A stretch of DNA of 64,000 nt from Octopus bimaculoides. Lineage: Eukaryota. Shown here one piece after another: positions 1-13,610 of the stretch. The position numbers and the translations under genes are program-made. The notes under the pieces are model-generated. The model did no database searches, had not been told where the DNA came from, and saw nothing but the letters and a program-made list of their open reading frames with translations. Where the stretch lies: contig NC_068982.1 of NCBI RefSeq assembly GCF_001194135.2, positions 101,151,717-101,215,716 of the forward strand. The letters run 5' to 3'. Every line of letters begins with the position of its first letter. Within the stretch, counting starts at the first letter, position 1.

Positions 1-43
<43 letters not shown>

Positions 44-99
44 ACACACACACACAAACGCACACACGCATACAGACACACACATACTTATACTTTTTT

Positions 100-303
100 T
101 TTTACTCTTTTACTTATTTCAGTCATGGGACTGAAATAAGAAACAAATGTATTTATTTATCTATTTATTTATTTATTGCTCTAAGTCTGAGATTTATTCC
201 ATCCTTCTTTTTTTGTCGAACCGCTATCCTACGGGGACGTAAACAAACCAACACAGTTGACAAGCAGCAAGACATAACACTAAAATGCACGCCAACCATT
301 GCG

Positions 304-341
<38 letters not shown>

Positions 342-460
342 CACTTCGAGCTTCCGCTCAGTTTCCGTCAATCAAATTTATTCACTAGTTATTACTCAGC
401 CCGCGGCTATAATAGCCAGCACTCGAGATACCGCGTAGTGGGACTGAACCCACGTTGTTG
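100..460 (-). mobile_element. Degenerate CORE-type tRNA-derived SINE (family A)
   Basis: Shares GGGACTGAACCC (reverse B-box-like), the body block GAACCGCTA..TACGGGGACGTAAAC and the tail TTACTTATTTCAGTCAT with the copies at 7006-7400 and 23768-24124. Confidence 0.7.
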
Positions 461-874
461 ATTCAGTACCACGATGTTATAAAGCAGGCTTCCTAGTCAC
501 GCTGGAAATATCTAAGCGTTAATCCAACTTCATATTTCGTTTTCTGAACAAGTAATTTCTTGTGGTAGGAGGAGAATGAAGAGGAAAAGGATGAGATGAG
601 AACAATTACTCCTGTGTATGATTTACACATATGCTTGTGATATAAGTATGTCTTTATTCATGTATATGTGTATACAACTGTGAAGTTTGTATTTTTACTA
701 TGTAAATTTAAATGTCAAATATATGTAGCTGCATGTACTATTCTATGTTCGTTTATCTGTGTATGAAAGTGTTATATGAGTGTATGTCTGTGTGTTTGAT
801 TGGGGAGGTGTGTGTGTGTTTGTGAGTGAATATTTGCGTGCGTGTATATGCTCTTCGAAGCATTTAGATGTGTA

Positions 875-910
<36 letters not shown>

Positions 911-1110
911 TGGGTTTTAGAAAATGAAATAACTATGCAAAGCATATGGGAGTAAAAGAAAAAGAGAAGTTTTCCGGGCCTTCATTTCCCGAAACAAGAT
1001 GTCACCCAACGTAAATCCGAATGAAATAGCAGCTGTGACATGGCCGTCAGTCAATAGTTTAATACGACAACCTATGAAAATAATGACGACGACGATGATG
1101 ATAACGATAT

Positions 1111-1160
<50 letters not shown>

Positions 1161-2045
1161 CTTAAAGCTAATCACTATTATTTATTGTTATTATCATTGT
1201 TGTTAGTTACGAGGAAGAAGGGAAATAGTTGTCATAATGGCGCTGTTGGCATTTCAGAGAAACTTTATAATAAGCATATATGACTGGGGTAATGTGGGTA
1301 CATTGATGAATGTATGATAGATGCTGAATGGGTGTACATCGGCAGATGTGTGTTTTGACACACTCACGTACATGTATGTATGTATGTATGTATGTTTACA
1401 GCATGGCCTCAGTCAAATGACTGAAACAAGTAAAACAATAAAAGAATATATGTATATATATATATATATATATNNNNNNNNNNNNNNNNNNNNNNNNNNN
1501 NNNNNNNNNNNNNNNNNNNNNNNNNNNNNNNNNNNNNNNNNNNNNNNNTTGTATATATATATAATATAACTATCGGTAAAACTATTTTTACCGATTAAGG
1601 TTTTTTTCATACTGAACTACTTGGCAAAATTGTTAATTATTAATTCTATTATTAATTGACGATTCTCTGCCCTTATTCTTGTATATATATATAATATAGA
1701 TAGATTGATAGAAGTATTACGTCGCTTAGGCATAGCGGTACAAATAAACTGGCGTTAGAACTCAGTATACATATGCTTCGGAGCAAGACTTCAGTCGAGT
1801 ACAGAGCAGAAATAAGAAATTAAAATGGCGCAAGAAAAAGGAAATGTGTCATGAACTTCATAAGCTCTGATGAAGCTATAGAGTGATTCACAAGCATGCA
1901 ACTATGACTGCATTGCATCTTATGGAAGAAACAACTGTAAGCTAATGAAGTTCATGACACCAAATGATATCTTTTGTCCTTTTAATTTCTCTCTCTCTCT
2001 CTCTCTCTCTCTGTATAGGCAGCTGAAGTGTATATATGTGTATCC

Positions 2046-2078
<33 letters not shown>

Positions 2079-4046
2079 TGTATGTATGTATGTATGTATG
2101 TATGTATTTCTCTTTCGTGGTTGCTTATTAATATTCTTTTGAGATTGTGGAACTAGTTTCTAAGAAACAAAGGTTCCATCAATTGACTCTGGATGACATA
2201 ATTATTACACATCGAACATTAAGAAAACCATGAATATTTTCTAGAGTTCCTAGTAGCTGGTCTACTTGAAATTAATGTTGTAGATATAAACTCTGTAATA
2301 AACATACGAGTCTGTGAGTTAGTAAGAAAGTCTCTGCATCGTAGCTCCAATAGAAATAGCAACCAATGTCAAAGAAACAACACACTACTGTTTTAACAAA
2401 ATACATTGTATGATATGCACCCGAATAAACAAAAAGTAAAAAAAACAGGAAAACTCGAGATTGTGACGAGGGGATGGTCTTTAGTGATAGATGTCTGCTT
2501 GATCAGCGCTGAGCCGGAGCTAAGCAACAATAGTGATTGCCACGACGACGACGAAGAGGCTAGATGTACTTATAGAAAAAATTCATTTACCTAATTTCTC
2601 TCGAACATTAATTATCAAGTGTACAACACCAGATAATTTATTCTGGATGTTGACTGATATATGAACATTCCAGAGCGAGTGAAACAAACAAACATGCTTT
2701 CTAACCTACGCTGAAACTGATCAGGCTAGACTCCCACAATTCTTCAATTGCTAGACTCACATGTTCTCCTGAGGGAGTTGAAAATGTTTAGTTGTCACAG
2801 GAGGGGCGAGGAACAATTCGTTCGCGTGCGAAATTTCACCCACATTCAAATTTAGTCCCTCAAATCCCATGTGATGAAAAAATACATAAAAAATTAAAAA
2901 TTAAAACCAAAACAGTAATTTAATATAATCTGCATAACTATACATTTGTAAAATTAAAGATTCATTATTTTTCTCAGCAGGTTCATATGTAGTCGCAATG
3001 AGCCCTGCTGTTGAAACACCCCACCCGCATTGCTTTAGGTTAAAGTTAGAATTAAGAAATTTAATATTGTTACCAATTATATATACGCTGTGGTTAACGT
3101 ATGTCAGTATTAAAGTGCCCAAGTGATAAAACGTCTATATACAATCTGTTTTATGTTTGTGATATAAGTGTCTAGAGTCAAGTGTGTAACTAATTCCATG
3201 ACTAGGTGTTACCGAGTTATCAGAGGAAGAAGTGAACAATATTGATTCCCGTGAGATCTGTAGAAAAGGAAGGAATAAGGATGGGATCGACAAACGCTTA
3301 GTTTTAGAATGGTGGCAGCTGATGAAGGAAATGTTCTCTATATGACCTGTGTGTTTTCTGTACTCTGTTTATCATCTTGTCCATGTTTTTTTTTGCAACG
3401 TCCTGTACCCAGATATGCATCTATATATACATGTAGATGTAGGTATGTACATATATGTACGTATATATGCATATACTCATTTATTATATATATATATATA
3501 TATTATATTATATATATATATATTATATATNNNNNNNNNNNNNNNNNNNNNNNNNNNNNNNNNNNNNNNNNNNNNNNNNNNNNNNNNNNNNNNNNNNNNN
3601 NNNNNNNNNNNNNNNNNNNNNNNNNNNNNNNNNNNNNNNNNNNNNNNNNNNNNNNNNNNNNNNNNNNNNNNNNNNNNNNNNNNNNNNNNNNNNNNNNNNN
3701 NNNNNNNNNNNNNNNNNNNNNNNNNNNNNNNNNNNNNNNNNNNNNNNNNNNNNNNNNNNNNNNNNNNNNNNNNNNNNNNNNNNNNNNNNNNNNNNNNNNN
3801 NNNNNNNNNNNNNNNNNNNNNNNNNNNNNNNNNNNNNNNNNNNNNNNNNNNNNNNNNNNNNNNNNNNNNNNNNNNNNNNNNNNNNNNNNNNNNNNNNNNN
3901 NNNNNNNNNNNNNNNNNNNNNNNNNNNNNNNNNNNNNNNNNNNNNNNNNNNNNNNNNNNNNNNNNNNNNNNNNNNNNNNNNNNNNNNNNNNNNNNNNNNN
4001 NNNNNNNNNNNNNNNNNNNNNNNNNNNNNNNNNNNNNNNNNNNNNN

Positions 4047-4082
<36 letters not shown>

Positions 4083-5435
4083 GCTGAAACAAACACATAA
4101 CATGCATAACACATAATATATATATATATATGTACATAAATATATGTATATACATTAATTATATTGCCTATACACTATCTTAGTTGTTCAGTAGTTTCCG
4201 GGCCCGCACCCTCTCCTGCCAGCTGAGCCACAGCATCCACTTCAATTAGAAGTTCTGCTTTCCGTTGCTGCAAGCAGTAACCAACACTGTATCCCTACGG
4301 ATCTGAGAAGACCAACTTTTACATTAGTCCACAACGTGGTCTTGGAGGAAAGTCAACTCTACGTAGTTATCTACATTTTCATTAAATGGACGAATCATAT
4401 TAGTTTCTTCTTTCTGATTATTTTGCTAATGATACACGTCATGGGAAGAACTTTCTAACGGAAATATTTCTGTACTTGTCTAGAAATAATGCCACTAGTA
4501 TAGGCAGTAAACACCTCATTTCAAAACATTTAATCTGAACGTATTTTCAGATTTTATAGTTCGTCTTACAAAAAAGCGTTGAAGAACTTAATTTTGAGCC
4601 ACTGGCTGATATTCTCCATGATCTGGTTGAATCATGGTCACTTAGTGTTCCAGACGCTGCAGATATCAGAACTCGTTTTTGCACGTCTTCTCAATTTCTT
4701 TGGTTCTATTCAGCTAAGAATCCCAAACTCTGTGACAGGTTACAGTTCAAAACAAATCCAGAATGATCATTTCCTTACTAAATGACTGGATTGGCACTTC
4801 GCGCCATTTATTTTTATGCTCCATATCTTTCTACATACTTCGTCTCAATTTTTAAGTTGATATTTTCAATTTGTCAAAGATCGTGATTATTAAGGTTTTG
4901 TCGTCAGTGAGTGCTAGACTTTTACCTAAATTCTTCAGTTCTTTTGTGACAAATGTCAGGAAGCTGTTGAATATATACTCACACACAGACATGAAAACGC
5001 GCGCATGCGCTTGCGCGCACACACAGTTTCATGTCTTATTTTGCTAAACTTTGAGTATAGAGTATAGTCACCATGGAGTATCGGTGTTTCTCTCTCACTC
5101 TCTCTCTTTCTCATGCACGATATATATATATATATGTATATCGATCGATCGTCCAGCTTATAGTAACCGTTAATTCAGACACGTTTTATCTCCCTCCATC
5201 TATTTTCTCTCCGCATTCCTTTCTATAGAAGAACGTAAGCNNNNNNNNNNNNNNNNNNNNNNNNNNNNNNNNNNNNNNNNNNNNNNNNNNNNNNNNNNNN
5301 NNNNNNNNNNNNNNNNNNNNNNNNNNNNNNNNNNNNNNNNNNNNNNNNNNNNNNNNNNNNNNNNNNNNNNNNNNNNNNNNNNNNNNNNNNNNNNNNNNNN
5401 NNNNNNNNNNNNNNNNNNNNNNNNNNNNNNNNNNN

Positions 5436-5466
<31 letters not shown>

Positions 5467-6001
5467 GTATATCGATCGATCGTCCAGCTTATAGTAACCG
5501 TTAATTCAGACACGTTTTATCTCCCTCCATCTATTTTCTCTCCGCATTCCTTTCTATAGAAGAACGTAAGCGTCAAAACATTAGTCTTCTTCCATTTTCT
5601 ACTCCACCATGTTTGTTGACTTTTAACCTGCTTTTTTTTTGGGATATATTTGGGCTATTTATATACATAAACCATAGGTGTATATGTATGTATGAAGTGT
5701 TGCAACTGCTAACGTAAGAATACCCACTTGTATGGTGTGGAGTATTTCGTCTAAAACTACTGCTTCATGACCTCAGCTTTCATGTAAATAGCAAATAAAT
5801 ACCTTATGTATAGCGATTATCAGAGAAATCTACGAAGCAAGATTATCCTTGAAGTACATGAAGTACGGTGCACAATGGTTTTATGCTCACATACCTGTCT
5901 GATGATTGCTGTCCGTAAAATATACTACAGAAAAGGAGAGTTTAAGTAACAGACAAGTAGTTTAACTAGAACTACTATACTACAATGTGTGTGTGTGTGT
6001 C

Positions 6002-6038
<37 letters not shown>

Positions 6039-7005
6039 TCTCCCGCTTCTCTCTTTCTCCCCCCTCTCTCCCTCTNNNNNNNNNNNNNNNNNNNNNNNNN
6101 NNNNNNNNNNNNNNNNNNNNNNNNNNNNNNNNNNNNNNNNNNNNNNNNNNNNNNNNNNNNNNNNNNNNNNNNNNNNNNNNNNNNNNNNNNNNNNNNNNNN
6201 NNNNNNNNNNNNNNNNNNNNNNNNNNNNNNNNNNNNNNNNNNNNNNNCCTCTCCCCTCCCCATCTTCCCCTCACTCTCTCCCTCTCTCTTTCTCTTTCTC
6301 TCTGTATATGTATGTATGTGTATAAGAACATGCATATGTATGGTTACGCAAGTTTTGGACTTTGTGGTATAGTCCTATTTAGATGTGTGTATATATGTGT
6401 GCGCATGTGTGCATGTGTTCGAGCGTGGTTGCGTGCGTGTGATATTTAATTGAGTTCGGTTTTCAGTTAATCCGCCCAGATATAAATAGTTACGCACTAT
6501 GCTCGGTGTATATGTATGTATGTGTGTGTATATGTGTGTATATATGTGCATGAATGCACGTGCTTCTGTGCATGCTGTTGTGTGCGTGTGCATGTATTTC
6601 TGCGAGAAATTCGAGCGATACATTGTTGTCTCCCACCCACCCAACGATATCCGACCTTTTGCGATCTTACAGTCAACACATTATGACATCTCGGACGATT
6701 CCAAAGGTTAATTAGGGGTGGACTTTCGAGCAGCTCAATCAATTTATATAGTTTTGACTAATTACCACTTTCTAATTAGACTGTCGTCATGCAACACATC
6801 TCACTCCCCCTGTCTCTCTTCTCTCTTTCTCTTGTTTCTTTTTATTTTGTTATGCTTTGAAATATTCCATTATAAAGTAACCAGACGTTATAAGTCCTTC
6901 ATGGAACACCAGCAGTTTTGTTTTTGTTTAGCCCTAGGCTAGATCTTATTTTACAACCTTATGATCAAAATCCTTCCAGCTGTGTCTGTCGCATCGTTTA
7001 GTTTT

Positions 7006-7400
7006 AGATATCTTTTATCTTTTACTTGTTTCAGTCATTTGACTGCAGCCATGCTGGGGCACTGCCTTTGAAGGGTGTTAGTCAAACAAATCGACCCTAG
7101 GACTTATCTCTTTTGCCGAACAGCTAAGTTACGGGGACGTAAACACACCAACATCGGTTGTCAGAGTGGCGGTGTGGGGTGGGGGGCAAACACAGACACA
7201 AAGACATACACACACACATATATATACATATACATATATACGACGGCCTTCTTTCAGTTTCCATCTACCAAATCCACTCACACGGCTTTAGTCGGCCCGA
7301 GGCTATAGTAGAAGACACTTGTCCAAGGTGCCACGCAGTGGGACTGAACCTGGGACCATGTGATTGGGAAGCAAGCTTCGTACCACACAGCCACACCTGT
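7006..7400 (-). mobile_element. CORE-type tRNA-derived SINE (family A), nearly full length, with an internal TA/CA microsatellite
   Basis: Reverse strand reads TGGCTGTGTGGT (A-box-like), GGTTCAGTCCC (B-box-like), CACCTTGGACAAGTGTCTT (CORE/MIR-like block), microsatellite, body, then an (AAAAGAT)-like tail. Many copies occur in the window. Confidence 0.85.
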
Positions 7401-8299
7401 ACCCATCTATATAGCCAAGCCTACGGACGGCGTTACATGCAAGGGATTTTTTTTTACTCTTTCTAACAGTCGAGCGACCACATATTCGTGTTTTATCCAA
7501 CGGTTTAATATGCAGTAAATAACCATTGATAATCTGTATGAACACCACCATTGCACACAGCATATATTCTCCGAGTTTGGTTGAATATCCGCGAAATATT
7601 TAAGGATATAGTGAATAGTAAACTTTAAGGATATAGTGAATAACGGTGTAAGAGAATGTCAAAGCTGAAATAACAGAGTGGATAGGGGACTGGAAAATCA
7701 AATTTTTAATCATGAATTTATATTTCAATCACGATTATTTTGATTTTGTCTTAGGCAAACATAATTAATTCTATATATCTCAGTGATAAAAGAGGGACCA
7801 AACCTTTTATAGAAAGGAAACACAAATGTTAATATATTGAATGATGTCGTATTCAGAGCAATTTTCTCATCAGACGCTGTTAATAAGGACCGGAACTAAC
7901 GACCTTTGTTAATTGATTGGTAATATGATTAAACTTATGGGAGTTTATCACCGTGACTGTCCATAATTCCTGAATGTTTGCTGAGGTTACACTGAGTGGA
8001 AGGTTGACTCAATGCGACGCTGGATAATTGGACATAAATGAATTCGTAGGCTAATGTCCTAGTAATCGATGCTGAATGTCAAATCAAAGCATTATGCTGT
8101 TACTAGTTCAGTTTGACAATTTGAAGATTGGTATCTCATAAGGTGTGGTTTACTTCAACTTTGTATGCTGAAAAGAGATGGTTCTTAGGCTTGCAGTACT
8201 GAATTTCTTTTCACCCGCGGGAAAAGTTCTTGATGAAAGTTTTACATACTTACCAATGACGACATTTTCCCGTCATTAGTTAATACCCCAGAAACCAAG

Positions 8300-8445
8300 A
8301 ACACAGATGAAGGGTATCAGTTGATTACAACTTGACTTCTACTTTATTTTATCAACTCCAAAAGGATAGGATTTGAACATAAAACGTAAAACTTTAAGAT
8401 ATTTTGTTCGACACCCTAGCGATTCTACCAATCCACCAGCCTTAG
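8300..8445 (-). mobile_element. Degenerate family B SINE (Meta/Sauria-like central block)
   Basis: Reverse strand TAAGGCTGGTGGATTGGTAGAATCGCTAG...GTTCAAATCC...GGAGTTGATAAAATAAAGTA aligns by eye to the 8521 copy. Confidence 0.6.
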
Positions 8446-8520
8446 GGAAAAGAAATAATTATGTTTTCTAACATATAATCAAGACCCACATATCTTGATG
8501 TTAGAGGTATAACCGATTAA

Positions 8521-8728
8521 GGCGGCGAGCTGGCAGAAACATTAGCACGCTGGGCGAAATGCTAAGCGGCATTTCGTCTGTCTTTACGTTCGGAGTTCAA
8601 ATTCCGTCGACTTTGCCTTTCATCCTTTCGGGGTCGATAAATTAACTACCAGTTGCGTTCTGGGGTCGATCTAATCGACTGGCCCCCTTCCCTCAAAATT
8701 TCGGGCCTTGTGCCTAGAGTAGAAAAGA
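8521..8728 (+). mobile_element. Family B tRNA-derived SINE (central block GCCTTTCATCCTTTCGGGGTCGATAAA), full length
   Basis: GGCGGCGAGCTGGCAGAA head, GTTCAAATTCC B-box-like, central block and GGCCTTGTGCCTAGAGTAGAAA tail. More than ten related copies in the window. The similarity of the central block to MetaSINE/Sauria-SINE domains is from memory. Confidence 0.85.
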
Positions 8729-8734
8729 GGTATA

Positions 8735-8945
8735 GCCGATTATATCGACCCAGTAACTGACCGGTAGAGTTGGCTGTGGACATAAAGGGGAATAACTAAA
8801 TAACATAAAACAAAAAGTGCATTTCGCTTGCTGCTCAACTGATTCCACCATCTCAAGTGATGAAAGATGCCCTTCGGTGGTATTTGAACGCGGAACTTAA
8901 AACGGCAATAAATAAATGTCGGATGCTCTAGTAATTCTGACACCA
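8735..8945 (-). mobile_element. Degenerate family B SINE, tail-to-tail with the 8521 copy
   Basis: Reverse strand GGTGTCAGAATTACTAGAGCATCCGAC...GTTCAAATACCACCGAAG and a TCGATATAA tail motif. Confidence 0.55.
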
Positions 8946-10399
8946 AACAGTTCTAATAATAATTTAATAAAAGATAATTTAAAATAGATTTCCTATCAGA
9001 ATCCGAAACATTACCACCATAGATGCAGCTAAAATAACTGAAGGAAGTCGGAATGCTTAATTAGCAGGAACATTTAATGGTAGAAAGGTATTGAGTTACA
9101 GGAACTATCGATAAAATGGTAATGTATGAGTAAATCTCGGTTTTCTAACTGCTGAGCTATTTCTGTTCAAGTCTTACTACGGTTACTGTGTAGTTCAGAT
9201 CAAATAGTTGATCGACGAATCTGATTCCTTTGACGATTGCTCTAAAACATTCATTAGCTGATACATATCAGTTGGCTGTGTAATTAGATATAAATAAGTA
9301 GAGTTTCTTTCACGGTCTTTCATATCAAAGAAATGTTGAATTGTAGGGGAAGGTATGTATAACACGTTTTTAGATAGATATGCTTTAGTTTTCATCAATA
9401 TAAGAAAAATATATAACGCCTGTTTTCATAACCATGAAACTTCAGTTTGTGATGGAAATTAGCGTTTAAATCCGGTAAAACTGTTAAGAGATAAACCCCT
9501 CCTTTAGTGCTATATAAGATTGAGAGTTGTATAATCATACTCCACTGATGAGATCAGTACCAGAAACATCTGCTAACTATTGCAAACACCTTAGAAAATC
9601 TAGCTCGACAGAGATAGAATTGAAAAGCTGTAGGTTTTGAACTTGGGCCCTAATGAGTTAGTGGTCCAATACGTATGTGTGTGTGTGTGGGGGGGGGAAC
9701 GTAGACTTTGTACTGTGACATTCGCTTCGGTGTATATGTGTATTAATCAGTTACTATATCGTCTGTAATATGAAGACCTTTGTTTATCACATTTGTTATG
9801 ACAAACGATAGAGTTTGAACGTGGTCACTAGGCTGCAGGAAATAACAGTGAAATGTCTCTTTTAGTATACTCTGCCATTTTAAGAAGGAAGACAAGGGGA
9901 CATTAGAAAAATGTAGTCCTAGACATAGTATCTGAAAAATGTAATGGTCATAATAGGAACACTTTGATCGTAGGTTTGTCTGATGGGAAGTGACCTTGGG
10001 GTAAATAACAGTCGTATATAAATATACTTGAGAGTGAAGAGAGAAAACCGTGTGTAGACTGTCACAGAAAGACTCCATCTGATTAATCTCTGTAATATAT
10101 GAGTAAGCAGTGCGTTTATTAGCTCACTGTGAAGGTAAGATGTATTCGTAACAATTGATCTCACATCTCGTCTAACCCTTGGATCAACTAACAAGTATCA
10201 GCTAGATCAGAGTCTTTACAAGGAGCAACGTAATAAGAAAAACTATCATAGTTTGTTAAAAGATCATTGTGAATTTTAACGTATTTGCAATTTAAAGCGT
10301 TGTTGATTAGCTGAAACGCTAGTAACCAAAAACTGCATGCCAGTTTTTGATCATAACTCGTTCTACATTCCGATTTCAAATCTCGCCGTTACTACCTGA

Positions 10400-10800
10400 T
10401 TTCAGATATTTGCCTTTGGTATTTCTGCAGATCGAGAATATCTTGTATCACGTACATTACCGTTCGATTTTGAATTGAATATTACTGCTATCTTTGAACT
10501 TCTCTGAGTATCTTGATTTGTTTGATCAAATTCAGAATCGAATTGTTAACGTGATGAGCCATCTTCTATCTACGACGTTGGAGAGTTTGTTCATCGTTAA
10601 ATGTATCTTTGTTGTGTCCTACAGTCATTGTTCTCATGAACTTTCCGGTCTAATATCCTCTGTCAAGACTGTTAAGCGTATCACTAACTCCTCTTTCCAG
10701 GTGCATAGTTTCTCTATTAGTCATAAGTCTTTTTACTCTAATAACTTCTTTCCTTGAACTGCTACACTTTCGAACTCACAATCATTGTCGTGTTTTTCTC
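10400..10800 (+). mobile_element. Decayed CR1/Jockey-group non-LTR retrotransposon 3' (RT C-terminal) remnant
   Basis: Translation SEYLDLFDQIQNRIVNVMSHLLSTTLESL...SHCSHELSGLISSVKT resembles the L(D/E)xIQxRAxxxI...LxSLxHRR...CSxEL segment that follows RT in these LINEs. Confidence 0.5.
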
Positions 10801-11615
10801 TACTTCGTGATATTCAGTCCTTTAAGCTTTCTATCATTCGACATTTTCTGAATTTGTAAGCTCCCTCTTTTCTTTATTTCTATCCCTTACACTTCATTGG
10901 CCTCCAGCCTTCTTTGGGCAAATCATTTACAAAAAATACTAGTCAAGCTCGAGGTCGATTTTGACGGACTGTTTCTAGAAACCGATGTTCACAGTTTCAT
11001 ACCACGAAGAGAAAAATACAATATGACTGAATTGTTTTTTAATATCATTGTAAATTGTAAAAGAGACATCTTTATCGTTGCCAGTCAAGTTGATTGTAGT
11101 GTTTTGTGTTTAATATAATTTGTATTATATTATATAAATATATGGTGAATATCTAGAATGGAAGGTAATTTAAAAGTATAAGAATATATATACACATGTA
11201 TGTATATGTATATGTGTCTATAATAGATATGAACTCAGAAGTGTATACATATGTGTATTGACTATAGATACATGAATATGTATATGAGATAAAACCACTA
11301 ATGCATAATATATATACATAAATACGATTATGTAATTATAGCAGTTAAATACTATATACATTTAATTGCAAATAAAAACAGAAAGGCTACAACGTATACA
11401 ACCATACGAAGTCAATAAATGTCAAAATTTGTAGAAACATACACATATATTATATATAAATACGCACACGCAGACACACACATACGCACGCATGAGCAGA
11501 TATGTGTATGCGTTTGTGCCGAAACACACACAGCTATACATATGATTATATCATCTCTTGCTTTTCATACTAAATACATGTACGCCTCTGTGTGTGTGTG
11601 TGTGTGTGTGTATGC

Positions 11616-11665
<50 letters not shown>

Positions 11666-12067
11666 AGAACGAGGATAGTATAAATGAATATATACGTATA
11701 TACGTTTAGAACAATCAAAACACTGATTTGTTCTTAATCTATTAAATCTGCAAGAGTGGAACATTCAGTTACCATTACTGTCCATTTCATAAATATTATT
11801 AATAGACATCATTATGGAAATGCTCTTAGTATTTATGATGTGTATGTATTATGTACAGATGTACTTATGTACGTAGTATATACATACGTGTGTGTATATG
11901 TGTAGTGGTCATACTGTTTATATTAGAGAATTAAAGGAACATATACAAACCAATTCAAACGGTAATGGCCGTTGTAGCTATGCGGCTAGTTTTAGCAGTT
12001 TCTCCTACCACGGAAATAGACGTGGCAGAGAGATGATAATCATAAGAACAATATAAAGAAGGAATAC

Positions 12068-12120
<53 letters not shown>

Positions 12121-12146
12121 GCCGTTACCATTACTACCACCACCAC

Positions 12147-12191
<45 letters not shown>

Positions 12192-12217
12192 TAATAATAA
12201 TAATGATAATAATAATA

Positions 12218-13610
12218 TTTTATTGGTCGTAAGGGTACAACACGCTGGTGGCAATACAAAGGCGAAATACAAGAGGAAAGCAGGAAGTAAAATCAGTGGG
12301 GTTTTTTTTTACATTAGATAAAAAGGGTGAGATCAAGAAAAACAATGGCTACATTAATAAAACTGTTATGATAATAAATAGCAATAACAATGTACGATAA
12401 GAAAATAACCCAAATGTAACCTCTAAACAGGAGTTACCCACATAATGTGATTTCGTACATCCCGCCACATAACTTCCGATTATCCTGAATTGCCAAAAAT
12501 CTCTTCTCATTTCTTGCTGGCTACATACCCACAGCCACGCAATTAATTAGTGTTGGATAGTCATGGGCAGTCTTCGGCCCGTGAGACTTTCTGAATGGCA
12601 CACCTATAGAAAATTATCATGAATTTTTTTAGAAGTGCGGCACACCAGATGATGAGCTGTCTCATGCAGCCCGTTTCTCGAAAAGTCACTCAGGCCTGGT
12701 ATACAACCATCTTAGCTACGTTAATTTCACCACTCACGCCCACTTTTCATAAAATTTGCTGAAAGACAGCATCTTCCAGTCCATCCTGGACTCAATTTTC
12801 AATTGATACTTGAAGAAATCGATGAAACTTCGCCTGAGAGGGAAAACTTTGTCCTCAGACATTTCAACTGTACCTACCACTGAACTTCTCGTCAAAGCCA
12901 TCAAACAGAGGAAAATATTCCCTTTCCCCTACCAAAGACAGGCATTAGCTTGACCTTCACGATAAACTACATTGATAGCAGACCCGTTTCACCCGTTCGT
13001 GCATGATAATAGTGGTTCGACATAAAGCACAACGATGTACAGACACCGAACAAGTGGGTTCGTAGTGGACCTTCTTGGACAAGATCGGTTGCTAGCGGTT
13101 CCAACGCATATATGTAGAGTTTACTCCAAACAAGTAGCACTGTTCAGTAGCGTTGCCAGGCCAAGGACTTTTGGACATAATCCTTGACCTGAAGTATTAC
13201 TCGATCTCCCCTCGTTGAATTCCAAGATCATCGTCGTTTACACCCTCTGCTAATCTTTATTGTATGCAAGGCTTGATGTTCTAACGACCACATTTTTCAG
13301 CCGGTGGAGTACCGTGAGTGCTTCACAATATTTTACATGTCAAACGCCTAAACTTAGCTGTCTCTTGACACAAGACTGTAGTTCGGTCAAAGAGACAAGT
13401 TGCAGAATGACATCGCACAATCGACAACCACACCTGTTCCCCGTCAGCAAATGTGTTAATGTATTAGCCTAAGTATATTCTTGAGCATTATCGATGACAT
13501 CGTTTCGAGACTCCCTGGAATAGTCTTTGTAGCAAATGGAACTTCAGTAGCTGATAAATCTAGCAAAAGAGTATGTTTAGTGTGGCTTGATATCTTCTAA
13601 GACAAGGCAC
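12218..13610 (-). mobile_element. Decayed 5'-truncated Tx1/L1-clade LINE 3' region
   Basis: Minus-strand frames give LAEGVNDDDLG, DYVQKSLAWQRY and DKVFPLRRSFIDFFKYQLKIESRMDWKMLSFSKFYEKW, with stops and frameshifts. This resembles the zf-RVT/C-terminal region of Tx1 ORF2. It ends in AATAAAA followed by (TTA)n. Confidence 0.65.

Noticed and set aside
4200-4240. Perfect Pol III A-box (TGGCTCAGCTGG) on the minus strand
   Set aside because: No downstream B box or tRNA fold.
5131-5571. Exact ~110 bp direct repeat (5131-5240 and ~5462-5571) around an N gap
   Set aside because: Identical sequence on both sides of a gap is the signature of unmerged overlapping contig ends, so this is most likely an assembly artefact.
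8205-8225. E2F-like site CGCGGGAAAA (also CCCGCCAAAA at ~31329-31338)
   Set aside because: Isolated short motifs without promoter context, so not distinguishable from chance.
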